Part shown: positions 38,967 through 48,153 of the stretch, in pieces
Position numbering within the stretch: the stretch's first letter is position 1
Layout: each line of letters starts with the position of its first letter
Notes under the pieces: model-generated
What the model saw: only the letters and a program-made list of their open reading frames with translations
The model's database searches: none
Told to the model about the DNA's origin: nothing
Position numbers and translations under genes: made by a program
Assembly: GCA_020631975.1 (NCBI GenBank)
Contig: JACKGO010000001.1
Location: 243,538-307,537, forward strand
Direction: 5' to 3'
DNA from: Candidatus Nomurabacteria bacterium
GTDB lineage: Bacteria > Patescibacteriota > Saccharimonadia > Saccharimonadales > CAIOMD01
Length of the DNA: 64,000 nt

Positions 38967-39529
38967 TGAATGATAATATAGATCCGCAGTTAGCGCAAAA
39001 TGGTGATCCGCGAAATGTACAAGATACATATAAAAACTGGAAACTAGAAGCCATTAAAAATGACTTACAAGCCAAGGCTTTTGGTGTGCATGTGGCAATA
39101 GAAAATTACCAACACGATTATAACATTGGTACAATTGTTCGCAGTGCTAATGCTTTTAATGTAGCTGGTGTACATATTATTGGCAAACGACATTGGAATC
39201 GGCGGGGCGCTATGGCTACAGAAAAATACTTACAGCTATACCACCACCCAACAGTTGTAGATTTTATTAACTGGGTAGCGCCAACGACATTAGTCATTAT
39301 TGGCATTGATAATATTGCTAATAGCATACCGCTACATCAAGCAAATATTCCAGAAAATGCCATATTAGTGTTTGGTCAAGAAGGTCCTGGTTTATCGGTA
39401 GAAATGCAATCTTATTGCAAACGTATTATTGCGATAGAACAGTTTGGTTCAACGCGCTCAATTAACGTTGGCGTGGCGGCGGGTATAGTGTTGTATGAGT
39501 GGGTACGGCGCCACCATATTACGATGTAG
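38963..39529 (+). CDS. SpoU/TrmH-family RNA 2'-O-methyltransferase (SPOUT)
   Basis: NIGTIVRSANAFNV, VFGQEGPGLS and STRSINVGVAAGIVLYE motifs. Confidence 0.75.
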   Translation: MMNDNIDPQLAQNGDPRNVQDTYKNWKLEAIKNDLQAKAFGVHVAIENYQHDYNIGTIVRSANAFNVAGVHIIGKRHWNRRGAMATEKYLQLYHHPTVVDFINWVAPTTLVIIGIDNIANSIPLHQANIPENAILVFGQEGPGLSVEMQSYCKRIIAIEQFGSTRSINVGVAAGIVLYEWVRRHHITM

Positions 39530-40115
39530 TGCTGGTACTTTTTTGTTTTGCCTGTATATTGGCGGCGGTCAACCCAACTGCATATAATGCATAAAGCGCA
39601 ATAATTAATCCAACGACAATGGCTATCTTATTAATGGCTTCGCTTAAACTTGCAGTTGCCCCAGAAACAAATAAGCCAATTATTGGCGCCACTATAGAAG
39701 TACCACACGAAACACATCCTACGCTCAACATTGCGATTATACTTGCGATGCCCGTACCACCAACTGCCTTTTTGTCCACGCTTTGGTTGTTGCGAACCGT
39801 AAATAGCAGCACACTTATAACGACTCCCTGCGTAATAGCGAGAGATACAACAGCAAATGCCTGCCACAAGGGTAGACTAGAAAGATAACTGACAATAATA
39901 CTGCTAAATATATCCATCTTTTCTATGATGTTTAGACTGCGAGCCGTGAAAAAATACCAAAATAGCGAAGCATTGAGAAGCCAATACAGTAACTGAATAA
40001 ATAGCAGCGCGACTATAGCTGCGAAGAGTAAATACTTTGGGCTCTTCAGCACATTGCTGCTGGCTTTTAATGACAATTGAGCCTTAGTTTTGAGTAGTTG
40101 TAGACGTTGTATCAT
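39519..40115 (-). CDS. polytopic membrane protein with a single CxxC (candidate DsbB/VKOR-like partner of DsbA)
   Basis: 5-6 predicted TM helices; only two cysteines, in GCVSCG at a helix boundary; adjacent to the DsbA-like gene. Confidence 0.4.
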   Translation of the reverse strand: MIQRLQLLKTKAQLSLKASSNVLKSPKYLLFAAIVALLFIQLLYWLLNASLFWYFFTARSLNIIEKMDIFSSIIVSYLSSLPLWQAFAVVSLAITQGVVISVLLFTVRNNQSVDKKAVGGTGIASIIAMLSVGCVSCGTSIVAPIIGLFVSGATASLSEAINKIAIVVGLIIALYALYAVGLTAANIQAKQKSTSTTS

Positions 40116-40119
40116 GCTG

Positions 40120-40776
40120 TTATAACTTAGTGCTAATTGCAGCGTCTAATATTTCAAAGCTGGGTACACCCTTGATGGGAGTGTCATTAACAACAAAATA
40201 CGGTGTACCTTGAACACCATTGTTCTGCGCGTCTTGCGTTATCGCCATAACAGTAGCCTTTTCAACCCTGTTATCTATACAACTATTAAAACTATCTGTG
40301 TCTACTTGAGCGAGTTGGCCGAGTTGCTTTACCCCTGCTTCACTATAAAGTGGTACCCGAGATGGATCTACACCTTTACTAAAGTAGTCTTCCCAGACAG
40401 CTTGATATGCCACATCGTGATACTCCCAAAATTTGTCTTGTTTGGCTGCGCAAAAAGCACCTTCAGCTGCCAACTGAGAACCCGGAGCAATAAATGCCAT
40501 TGGCACAAACGTGTAGTATACGTTACCTGTCGTAACGTACTTTTCTATTATTTTTGGCACTATCCCCAGACTTACTTGCGAACAAGATGGGCACAGAAAA
40601 TCTGAATATTGGGTCACTTTAACAGGTGCATCTAGATTGCCTTGGGTGAATTGTGACAAATCACGATTATTCATCTGATCAGCTTCTAGGCTGTTGCTAC
40701 TAGAGATATTCAGAACATATAGAAATACCCCGCCTACAATAATTGCCATAAATACGTATACAAAATTATTTTTCAC
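40120..40776 (-). CDS. membrane-anchored DsbA-family thiol:disulfide oxidoreductase
   Basis: N-terminal TM helix and thioredoxin fold with the FLCPSC active site. Confidence 0.75.
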   Translation of the reverse strand: MKNNFVYVFMAIIVGGVFLYVLNISSSNSLEADQMNNRDLSQFTQGNLDAPVKVTQYSDFLCPSCSQVSLGIVPKIIEKYVTTGNVYYTFVPMAFIAPGSQLAAEGAFCAAKQDKFWEYHDVAYQAVWEDYFSKGVDPSRVPLYSEAGVKQLGQLAQVDTDSFNSCIDNRVEKATVMAITQDAQNNGVQGTPYFVVNDTPIKGVPSFEILDAAISTKL

Positions 40777-40795
40777 TAAGACTACTCCTTGATAT

Positions 40796-40877
40796 GGTAA
40801 GTATAACCTTATTGTAAATTATTTACAATAATAATTTCTAGTGGTAAGCATAACCTTATTGTTGTGGTATTTACATT
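40796..40877. repeat. tandem 35-bp imperfect direct repeat with a palindromic core in a divergent promoter region
   Basis: TGGTAAGTATAACCTTATTGTAAATTATTTACAAT (40796-40830) and TGGTAAGCATAACCTTATTGTTGTGGTATTTACATT (40843-40877). Copy 1 contains the perfect palindrome TTGTAAAT-T-ATTTACAA. Confidence 0.5.
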
Positions 40878-41003
40878 CTTTGTATACATACACATTTTTG
40901 GGTGTATATTGAAAGTAACAGTGTGAGAGCTGTCGGTAAACAAAAGAAAGTTTTGACATAACAATATGTATATAAAAATATTCAAAACAGAAAGCGACAA
41001 GGC

Positions 41004-41207
41004 GTGGCGAATAGCACGCTAGACCTAGAACACGCACCGGCACATTATGAGCCACAATATGGCTCTGCATCACTCCCCTACTCCTACTGCGAAACATCGT
41101 TGTCATATGAAAATATTGATTTAGGCAACCCAGAATTACCTATTTACCAAAATAAATCTGAAATAATATCTACTGTTTTATCAAATGATGTAACAATTTC
41201 GATCTGA
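41004..41207 (+). CDS. N-terminal fragment of the HrpA-like helicase (frame 0)
   Basis: Ends ...NPELPIYQNKSEIISTVLSNDVTISI*, the LPI...I..N.V.I segment that normally precedes motif I in DEAH helicases. Confidence 0.5.
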   Translation: MANSTLDLEHAPAHYEPQYGSASLPYSYCETSLSYENIDLGNPELPIYQNKSEIISTVLSNDVTISI

Positions 41208-41235
41208 AACAGGAAGCGGCAAGTCTACTCAAGTT

Positions 41236-43722
41236 GTGCAATATATGCTTGAAGCTGGATTTTCTAAAGTTATCATAACCCAACCTCGTATCGTGGCGGC
41301 GCGAACTCTTAAAGATCGTATTAGCCAGGAATTATCCTGGAAGATTGATGGTCTGCCAGACGATTACGTTGGTTACCGTACAGCCAACGAAGGCGATAGC
41401 ACGCATGAAAGTGTAGCAGAAATTGTCACAGACGGCCTCGAAGTACGGCGGTTATTAAGTAGCGGCGGGCTGGGACAGGACACGATTCTTATTGTAGACG
41501 AAGTACACGAGGCAAATGCTAACATTACAATGCTCTTGGCACTCATAAAACGTATGGGTATACGAGCAGTCATTATGAGCGCTACATTTAATACAGAAGG
41601 CACCGCCGAATACCTTTGCGACGAGCAAGGAAATCCTGCACCTATCATCGATATTGAAGGTAGAACATATGAAGTAGAAGAACGCCAAGGTGAGTCATTA
41701 GTAGATGAGGCCGTACGTTACGCAAAAGAAGAAAAAAACATCCTCATTTTTGTACCAGGTAAACCTGATATTACTCGAGTTACAGGACTAATACGTACGA
41801 AACTTAAACAAGATATCGTAATTATACCGCTCCATGGCGAACAATCTGCAACAGAACAAATGGCTGCGTTTGGGCATTACGAAAGGGGTAAAATTATCAT
41901 AGCTACAGATATAGCAAAAACTAGTATCACTATTGATGATATTGATGTTGTTATAGACTGCGGTTGGGAACGAGGTAGCGATACCCGCCAAGACGTACCG
42001 TTGCTCGATATCCGTCCTGCCTGTATAGCTACGAAGGATCAACGGAAAGGTCGTGTTGGGCGAGTAAAACCAGGTATATATGTACAAGCACCGCTCCCTG
42101 GTTACCCAGAACTACCACCAGCCAGTGAACTATCAGATTACGATACACCAGAAATACTTAAAAATAGGTTAGATTCGTTAATGCTCCGTACACTTGGCAA
42201 CGCTGCTTTTACTTTAGATGAGCTCGATCTTATATGCGAGCCAGAAGAGCAATTAAAGCAGTATGCAAAACAACGCTTGCAGCGATTAGGTGCGGTGGCG
42301 GTAACTGGAGACGTGACACAAACTGGTATAGAAATGGCAAAGCTACCGCTTGATGCTCATTACGCACGGATGGTTGTTGAATCTCTTAAGTATGGCAAAG
42401 AGTTGCAGGTTATGATGTTAGCCGCTGTTGCAGCACACGCGAACACTACTATCACCCATACTTCTGCCGATGCTAACCTTACATATGGCAAATTAACAGA
42501 CGAACAGAACTCAGAAATTTTAATGATGCTTGATGTCTTTATTGCTGCACAAACCATGAACCAAGATGAATTAGAAACGTTTGGTATCGTAGAAAAAAAG
42601 TACCTTAATGCGAAGAAATCATTTGAATCTTTATTATCACGATTAAATCTAGAAGATGTAGCATTAACAGCGCCGACAGTAGAGCAAGAAGAGCAGTTAC
42701 TGCGTTGTATTATTAGTGGTGCCGATGAACTATATGTACCGATAAATCGTTTTAAGCACCTAGATCCCCGGGGTTATATGCGTAATATCAGTAAGAATAG
42801 CCCGCTCCGTGGTAGTAAAGTAACTGTTGTCGGGAACCCTTTTGATATTGCTAATGTTAGTAGTAACGGCAAAAGCTATAAATCACTTATTAAAGGAGCT
42901 ACCCGTGTCACGACTCAGCAATTACTAGATGTAGCCCCCCACCGTTGTACTTTTGAACCAGCCGAATACGTGCTTCGATACGATGGCGTGGTGCTGGCCA
43001 AAAAAGAAGTGTACTTTGATGATTTAACTACAAGAGATTTTATTACAGAGCCAGCTGAGCCAAGTAGTGACCTTATTGAATCGGTCGTGTTGTCTATATT
43101 ATATGGCAAGCTACCAAACCTAAATCTACCGCGCTGCGAGTCATTGCGTCAGACGATAGAAGCCGTCCATGATCTTGAAGCAAGAACGACTAATAATTTA
43201 GACCTAACCACTCTATTAGACGGCTTAGTTGAACAACTTATGGCAGGTATCCCTAGCAGCGCAACAACACTACAAGAATTTGATGCTCACATACCTTATA
43301 TTACAATTGGAGATTTAGTAGATACACAGGTGATACAAGATATCATAGAGTCTACACCAGACTATTTTGAATTAGACGGAGAAAAAATTGCGATACATTA
43401 TAAAAAAGGCCGAGCTTATATTACGTTGCCTTCTCATATACCGTTAGATATGGTGCTCAGTGCATCAGATATAGAAGAATCAAATCTATATGTTCGGTAT
43501 CGTAATGACGGAAGAAAATATCGAACAGTCAGTGAATTACAAAAGCGACTACGTCGTAGCCCAAGAGAAAAAAGACGACATGCGTCAAGGCCGACAGATG
43601 AAACACGACAGCATGATATATCTCGTGCGGAAACGTACGTGCACATACGGCCAAAAAAACAAGCAACTACCGTGCCTAAAAAGGATAAGCGGAATTACCC
43701 GAGAAAAGCTGTATATCAATAA
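41236..43722 (+). CDS. HrpA/HrpB-like DEAH-box ATP-dependent RNA helicase (main body; N-terminus disrupted by a frameshift)
   Basis: DEVHEANANI (motif II), SAT, HA2-like and OB-like regions, and a Lys/Arg-rich C-terminal tail. Motif I ETGSGKSTQ lies in this frame immediately upstream but behind a TAA at 41191. Confidence 0.8.
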   Translation: MQYMLEAGFSKVIITQPRIVAARTLKDRISQELSWKIDGLPDDYVGYRTANEGDSTHESVAEIVTDGLEVRRLLSSGGLGQDTILIVDEVHEANANITMLLALIKRMGIRAVIMSATFNTEGTAEYLCDEQGNPAPIIDIEGRTYEVEERQGESLVDEAVRYAKEEKNILIFVPGKPDITRVTGLIRTKLKQDIVIIPLHGEQSATEQMAAFGHYERGKIIIATDIAKTSITIDDIDVVIDCGWERGSDTRQDVPLLDIRPACIATKDQRKGRVGRVKPGIYVQAPLPGYPELPPASELSDYDTPEILKNRLDSLMLRTLGNAAFTLDELDLICEPEEQLKQYAKQRLQRLGAVAVTGDVTQTGIEMAKLPLDAHYARMVVESLKYGKELQVMMLAAVAAHANTTITHTSADANLTYGKLTDEQNSEILMMLDVFIAAQTMNQDELETFGIVEKKYLNAKKSFESLLSRLNLEDVALTAPTVEQEEQLLRCIISGADELYVPINRFKHLDPRGYMRNISKNSPLRGSKVTVVGNPFDIANVSSNGKSYKSLIKGATRVTTQQLLDVAPHRCTFEPAEYVLRYDGVVLAKKEVYFDDLTTRDFITEPAEPSSDLIESVVLSILYGKLPNLNLPRCESLRQTIEAVHDLEARTTNNLDLTTLLDGLVEQLMAGIPSSATTLQEFDAHIPYITIGDLVDTQVIQDIIESTPDYFELDGEKIAIHYKKGRAYITLPSHIPLDMVLSASDIEESNLYVRYRNDGRKYRTVSELQKRLRRSPREKRRHASRPTDETRQHDISRAETYVHIRPKKQATTVPKKDKRNYPRKAVYQ

Positions 43723-43778
43723 TAAGCTAAAAATCTGAGTATGTTTTACATATTCTAGACACCACAACTAGTGGTCTA

Positions 43779-44411
43779 CTAAAGTTCGTCTAGCTGTGCT
43801 GAAAAATCGGTAACCTGCTGATCGATATATTGCTGGCGCTCGCCTTCTTCTATTTGCATAAAACTTAAAGCAGCGGCAACTGTAGCCAACTCTGCGTGAG
43901 TCAATGATACATCAATAGAACCTATAAAAGCTTCTACCAGTGCGGCGATTGCAGGACGTTCTTGTAAATATTTTTCCGCGTCATAATGCATGTTGTTATA
44001 GTACGTTTCGTCAGAAGATTGGTAATGATATGGCTCATAACTACTTAAAATGCCTGCAGGCGAAGCAACCCTCGCAGTTGTATAGGCAAAGTGTACTCCT
44101 TCTGCTATGGCTTGGTTCGCGGTAGCTGACATGTCTTCGTCGTACCCAGCAGACAGTGATACATTTCCGATTATAGTCATCGTTTCTGGGTGTGTTTGTT
44201 TGGTATCTGTATCCACAAAGCTCATGCGTTGTTCATAAATATCTGCAAGGGCTTCTGCTACGATACTAAAGTCTTGCTTGATGAGATGCTCGAGCTGTCT
44301 ATCTAACGGAAGCACTTCATGTTTGTTGGAGTTGAAATGGTCTTTCATATGGTTACACTTGGGTGTTGCAACTATGCAGCCACTATACCATATGTTTATG
44401 TGATTTGACAC
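43779..44411 (-). CDS. hypothetical protein (210 aa)
   Basis: Intact ORF; no recognisable motif. Confidence 0.4.
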   Translation of the reverse strand: MSNHINIWYSGCIVATPKCNHMKDHFNSNKHEVLPLDRQLEHLIKQDFSIVAEALADIYEQRMSFVDTDTKQTHPETMTIIGNVSLSAGYDEDMSATANQAIAEGVHFAYTTARVASPAGILSSYEPYHYQSSDETYYNNMHYDAEKYLQERPAIAALVEAFIGSIDVSLTHAELATVAAALSFMQIEEGERQQYIDQQVTDFSAQLDEL

Positions 44412-44466
44412 TCAGTACAGTCATAGCACTACATACGCAAAATAAATACCTATGAAAATAAATACA

Positions 44467-45447
44467 TTATATTACACGGCTATATTCTTGTGGTTTAAGG
44501 TAATCTACAGGAGCTTGTATATTTGGTTTTTCGCTATGTACCGAGTAGTGTATGCTCGTCGTTGTGTCGCCCTGTTCGTATTCTAGCTTAAATATTGTGT
44601 TGGTGGTCGTATCTACCCACGCAGAGAATGTATCTGCGAAAGCCGTTTGTGCATCATAATTATTTGCAATACTATACTGATTGGCAACGGCTGAGTTGAT
44701 ACCAACAAGATCGTCTGTATTGGCGCGAATGTCATACTGCACACTATTTTGATTGCTGTTTTTACTCACCCGCGTAGACATTATGTTGTATGTATTTTTA
44801 TTCTTGGCTGCATCATGAATCATTTGCTTAGCATGACCAGTAATATTTCCTATAATAAGCTCGCCTAAAACAGTATTAACGTTACCAACGATACCAAATA
44901 CATCAGCAGAGTTATTGTTATTAGTAGTAGGATCAAATTGCAGCCATGTATTTAAATATGCAGGTTTTTCTGTAGTGAGTTCTTCTGGTGCAGTGAATGC
45001 AATATATTTTATGTAACACTCCACTTCAGATACACATAAAAAATCACTTTTTAGTTTTATGGTACGGCCGATTACGCCTACATCCATATCAAAAGTACCT
45101 TTAGATTTAGGCGTGGCAGGGTCACTAAAATCACTCCGCATAGTAATTGTACCCTTTGGTCCAAGTCCATCCGCATTAGCGCCAAACCTATAAACTTGCT
45201 CAAGGTAATCAACAGATGCTAACGAAATTACAGCTGATTGCCAGCTCTTAATTGTTTTGGTTGATCGTAACACATATAGCCAATAGCCTGCTGCACCAGC
45301 GAGTATCAACGCAGCAATAATACTTGGTATATAAAGTCGTTTACGAAAGCGGTGCTTGCGAATTGTGCTATGTGCTGATTGCGCCAGAATTCCATATCGT
45401 GTTTTTGTTTTTTGGGGTTTCATAAGGGTTCTTGTATCATCTTGCAT
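44467..45447 (-). CDS. hypothetical membrane-anchored extracytoplasmic protein (326 aa)
   Basis: Basic N-terminus, one TM helix (IIAALILAGAAGYWLYVL), Asn/Thr-rich ectodomain. Confidence 0.4.
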   Translation of the reverse strand: MQDDTRTLMKPQKTKTRYGILAQSAHSTIRKHRFRKRLYIPSIIAALILAGAAGYWLYVLRSTKTIKSWQSAVISLASVDYLEQVYRFGANADGLGPKGTITMRSDFSDPATPKSKGTFDMDVGVIGRTIKLKSDFLCVSEVECYIKYIAFTAPEELTTEKPAYLNTWLQFDPTTNNNNSADVFGIVGNVNTVLGELIIGNITGHAKQMIHDAAKNKNTYNIMSTRVSKNSNQNSVQYDIRANTDDLVGINSAVANQYSIANNYDAQTAFADTFSAWVDTTTNTIFKLEYEQGDTTTSIHYSVHSEKPNIQAPVDYLKPQEYSRVI

Positions 45448-45547
45448 TATTGTAGTGTAGCACCTGAGCTTATACTATAGATTATTTATTAAAAAACACC
45501 CCTACGTATGTATGGGTGTTTTTTTAATATAAAGCAACGCTGATGGT

Positions 45548-46012
45548 TTAGCTTTTGGTCTTTTTAGACTCACGCATCGGCCGGCCAACGACTTTAAAAC
45601 TACCACCGGCTTTTTCAATTGCCGCAATAGCTGAGTTCGAAGCAGCTTGTAAGTGCACGTCTACGCTTTTTGTAAGCTCACCTTTAGTAACGAGCTTTAC
45701 TTTCACATATGGACTCGATACCAGACCAGCTGCAAATAAGGTATAGTTATTGATTTCTCCCTTTAGGGTGTCGAGTTGACCTGTATAGACGTTTTCGGCT
45801 TTCATGCGATGACTCGTAAACCCACGAAGTTTTGGAATTCTCATCATTAAAGGTGTTTGACCACCTTCAAAACCTGGTCGTCGCTTACCGCCTGTTCGTG
45901 AACTCTGACCTTTTGTGCCCCGTCCTGCTGTCTTTCCTTGCCCAGCAGAAATACCACGTCCAACTCGCTTGGCTGTTTTACGCTTTTCTACTGATAATTC
46001 ATGATACTGCAT
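45548..46012 (-). CDS. rplO: 50S ribosomal protein L15
   Basis: KRVGRGISAGQGKTAGRGTKGQ. Confidence 0.95.
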   Translation of the reverse strand: MQYHELSVEKRKTAKRVGRGISAGQGKTAGRGTKGQSSRTGGKRRPGFEGGQTPLMMRIPKLRGFTSHRMKAENVYTGQLDTLKGEINNYTLFAAGLVSSPYVKVKLVTKGELTKSVDVHLQAASNSAIAAIEKAGGSFKVVGRPMRESKKTKS

Positions 46013-46021
46013 AGTATTCTC

Positions 46022-46558
46022 CTACTTTCCTGCTTTTGGCTTTTTTGCCACAGGCTGGACAACCCATTCACTGCTTGGTGAAATAGATTGTAAGGCGGCA
46101 ATTGTTGCATAAGCGGAATTGATTTTATTTGACGATCCAAGCGACTTAGACAAAGCATTGCTATAGCCTGCTATCTCTAAGACAGTACGTACTACACCAC
46201 CTGCAATAAGTCCGGTACCTGGGCTGGCTGGCTTAACAAATATATTTGCGCCAGCAACCTTTGCCTGTGCTTCGTGTGGTAATGTGCCATTAAATATCGG
46301 CACCGTAACGAGTCGTTTCTTAGCCATGTCGACCGCTTTTGAAACAGCTGCTTGTACATCTGCTCCCTTTGCTATACCTATGCCTACTTGTCCCTTTTTA
46401 TCACCAATGACAACGAGTGCTCGAAAACGAAATCGTCTTCCGCCTTTAACGACTCGAGCAACGCGGTCAATACTTACTACACGCTCTTCAAATTGCTTTT
46501 CTTCTTGTTCTCTTGGTCCACGTGTGTCTCTGCGTGGTTTTGTTGCTGTATTATTCAT
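46022..46558 (-). CDS. rpsE: 30S ribosomal protein S5
   Basis: RVARVVKGGRRFRFRALVVIGDKKGQVGIGIAKGADV; only 9 nt separate it from rplO, so there is no rpmD. Confidence 0.95.
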   Translation of the reverse strand: MNNTATKPRRDTRGPREQEEKQFEERVVSIDRVARVVKGGRRFRFRALVVIGDKKGQVGIGIAKGADVQAAVSKAVDMAKKRLVTVPIFNGTLPHEAQAKVAGANIFVKPASPGTGLIAGGVVRTVLEIAGYSNALSKSLGSSNKINSAYATIAALQSISPSSEWVVQPVAKKPKAGK

Positions 46559-46560
46559 AA

Positions 46561-46914
46561 TTAAAACTCCAACCCTTCTGCACGTACAGCATCCGCGAGG
46601 GCTTTAATACGTCCATGATATTGTTTGCCGTTTCTGTCAAAAGCAAGTTTCGTAATTTTAGCCTTTTTGGCTGCTTTTCCAATAGTTGTTCCTATGTATA
46701 CTGCTTTGTCAGTCATGGTTCCTTTTTGGGTTGTCCCTACTGTAGTTGCTGCGACGAGCGTTTTTTGTGCGTCATCGTCTATAATTTGAGCACTAACATG
46801 AGTATTACTTATTGTTACCGTTAAGCGCGGACGGTCTGCGGTACCGTGGACAACTGATCGTACACGAGCTTTACGTAACGCAAGGTTTTTAGACTTTTGA
46901 ATAGTATGAGTCAT
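46561..46914 (-). CDS. rplR: 50S ribosomal protein L18
   Basis: Operon position and KLAFDRNGKQYHGRIKALADAVRAEGLEF. Confidence 0.95.
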   Translation of the reverse strand: MTHTIQKSKNLALRKARVRSVVHGTADRPRLTVTISNTHVSAQIIDDDAQKTLVAATTVGTTQKGTMTDKAVYIGTTIGKAAKKAKITKLAFDRNGKQYHGRIKALADAVRAEGLEF

Positions 46915-46916
46915 AA

Positions 46917-47453
46917 TTAGTCCTTTCCTGACTTTCCGCTCTTACGTAAAATGCGTTCATCACTATATTTAATGCCTTTGCCCTTGTATGGTTCTGGCTT
47001 TTTAAACGCTCTAATTTCTGCTGCGGCTTGGCCTACTTGCTGCTTGCTAATGCCGCTTACCGTAATAGTATTTTGTTCCACAGCTAACTGGACACCTTGT
47101 GGTGCTGTATAGTATATATCGTGGCTAAATCCGAGTTGCATTTTTAATTTAGCGCCTTCCATGTTCGCACGATAACCAACGCCATTTATTTCTAGCTTTT
47201 TACTAAAACCTTGTGTAACGCCAACAACCATATTGTGTATTAATGACCGCATAAGGCCATGACGAGCCCTATTCTCTGCTAAATCATTTTCGCGCTTCAC
47301 TAATATTTCGCCATTATTTTGTTCTACTGATATACCAGGGACTGTAAACTGAGATAACGTGCCTTTTGGTCCATTGACCGTAATGGCAGCATCGTCGACA
47401 GTGATTGTCACACCGCTGGGTATTTGTATGGGTAGTTTTCCTACTCGACTCAT
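46917..47453 (-). CDS. rplF: 50S ribosomal protein L6
   Basis: MSRVGKLPIQIPSGVTITV. Confidence 0.95.
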   Translation of the reverse strand: MSRVGKLPIQIPSGVTITVDDAAITVNGPKGTLSQFTVPGISVEQNNGEILVKRENDLAENRARHGLMRSLIHNMVVGVTQGFSKKLEINGVGYRANMEGAKLKMQLGFSHDIYYTAPQGVQLAVEQNTITVSGISKQQVGQAAAEIRAFKKPEPYKGKGIKYSDERILRKSGKSGKD

Positions 47454-47468
47454 ATCGCCTCCGATTAA

Positions 47469-47864
47469 TTAATATACTCTACAGATTAATTCGCCACCTA
47501 AGCCAGCTTTTTTTGCTTCTATACCTGTCATAATACCTTTGCTCGTTGATACCACGACGATACCACGACCATATTTAACCTTAGGAATTTCTGAAACAGA
47601 TGAATAGACACGACGGCCAGGTTTACTTATTCGCTCAATTGCCGTAATGCGTGAATTAGTATTTGGTTCGTTTATTTGCACCACGATATGTTTTTCTATA
47701 CCTTCACCAATGATTTCGTAGCTAGAAATGAAGTTACTTTGCTTAAGAACATCAAGAACCGTAACTTTAACCTTGCTAAAAGGAACGAGAATTTGATGTT
47801 TGTTAACTGCTACTGCGTTCCGAATACGTGTAAGCATATCTGCGATTGGGTCTGTTGATACCAT
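47469..47864 (-). CDS. rpsH: 30S ribosomal protein S8
   Basis: DPIADMLTRIRNA. Confidence 0.95.
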   Translation of the reverse strand: MVSTDPIADMLTRIRNAVAVNKHQILVPFSKVKVTVLDVLKQSNFISSYEIIGEGIEKHIVVQINEPNTNSRITAIERISKPGRRVYSSVSEIPKVKYGRGIVVVSTSKGIMTGIEAKKAGLGGELICRVY

Positions 47865-47881
47865 TTATTCTTCTCCTTTCC

Positions 47882-48151
47882 TTACCAGCTTGATTTAGTT
47901 ACACCTGGGATTTCTCCCTTGCTTGCGTGCTCTCTAAAACTTAATCTAGATAAGCCAAATTGGCGCATATAGGCACGAGGACGACCGGTCTCGCTACAGC
48001 GATTCTTAAGGCGTGTTGGACTACTGTTTCGTGGTAATCTATGGAGTCCTTCGTAATCACCTAGTTTCTTAAGCTCAGCTCGTTTTGCAGCGTATTTAGC
48101 ATGCATTGCCTGTCGTTTTTGATCACGTAAAACAATTGATTTCTTTGCCAT
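47882..48151 (-). CDS. rpsN: 30S ribosomal protein S14 (long form)
   Basis: [14 protein letters not shown]...[18 protein letters not shown]. Confidence 0.95.
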   Translation of the reverse strand: MAKKSIVLRDQKRQAMHAKYAAKRAELKKLGDYEGLHRLPRNSSPTRLKNRCSETGRPRAYMRQFGLSRLSFREHASKGEIPGVTKSSW

Positions 48152-48153
48152 AT

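Noticed and set aside
40809-41106. Two minus-strand ORFs (63 and 95 aa) in the dsbA-helicase intergenic region
   Set aside because: The region is AT-rich and repeat-containing, the ORFs have low-complexity hydrophobic translations, and they overlap the tandem repeats that look regulatory.
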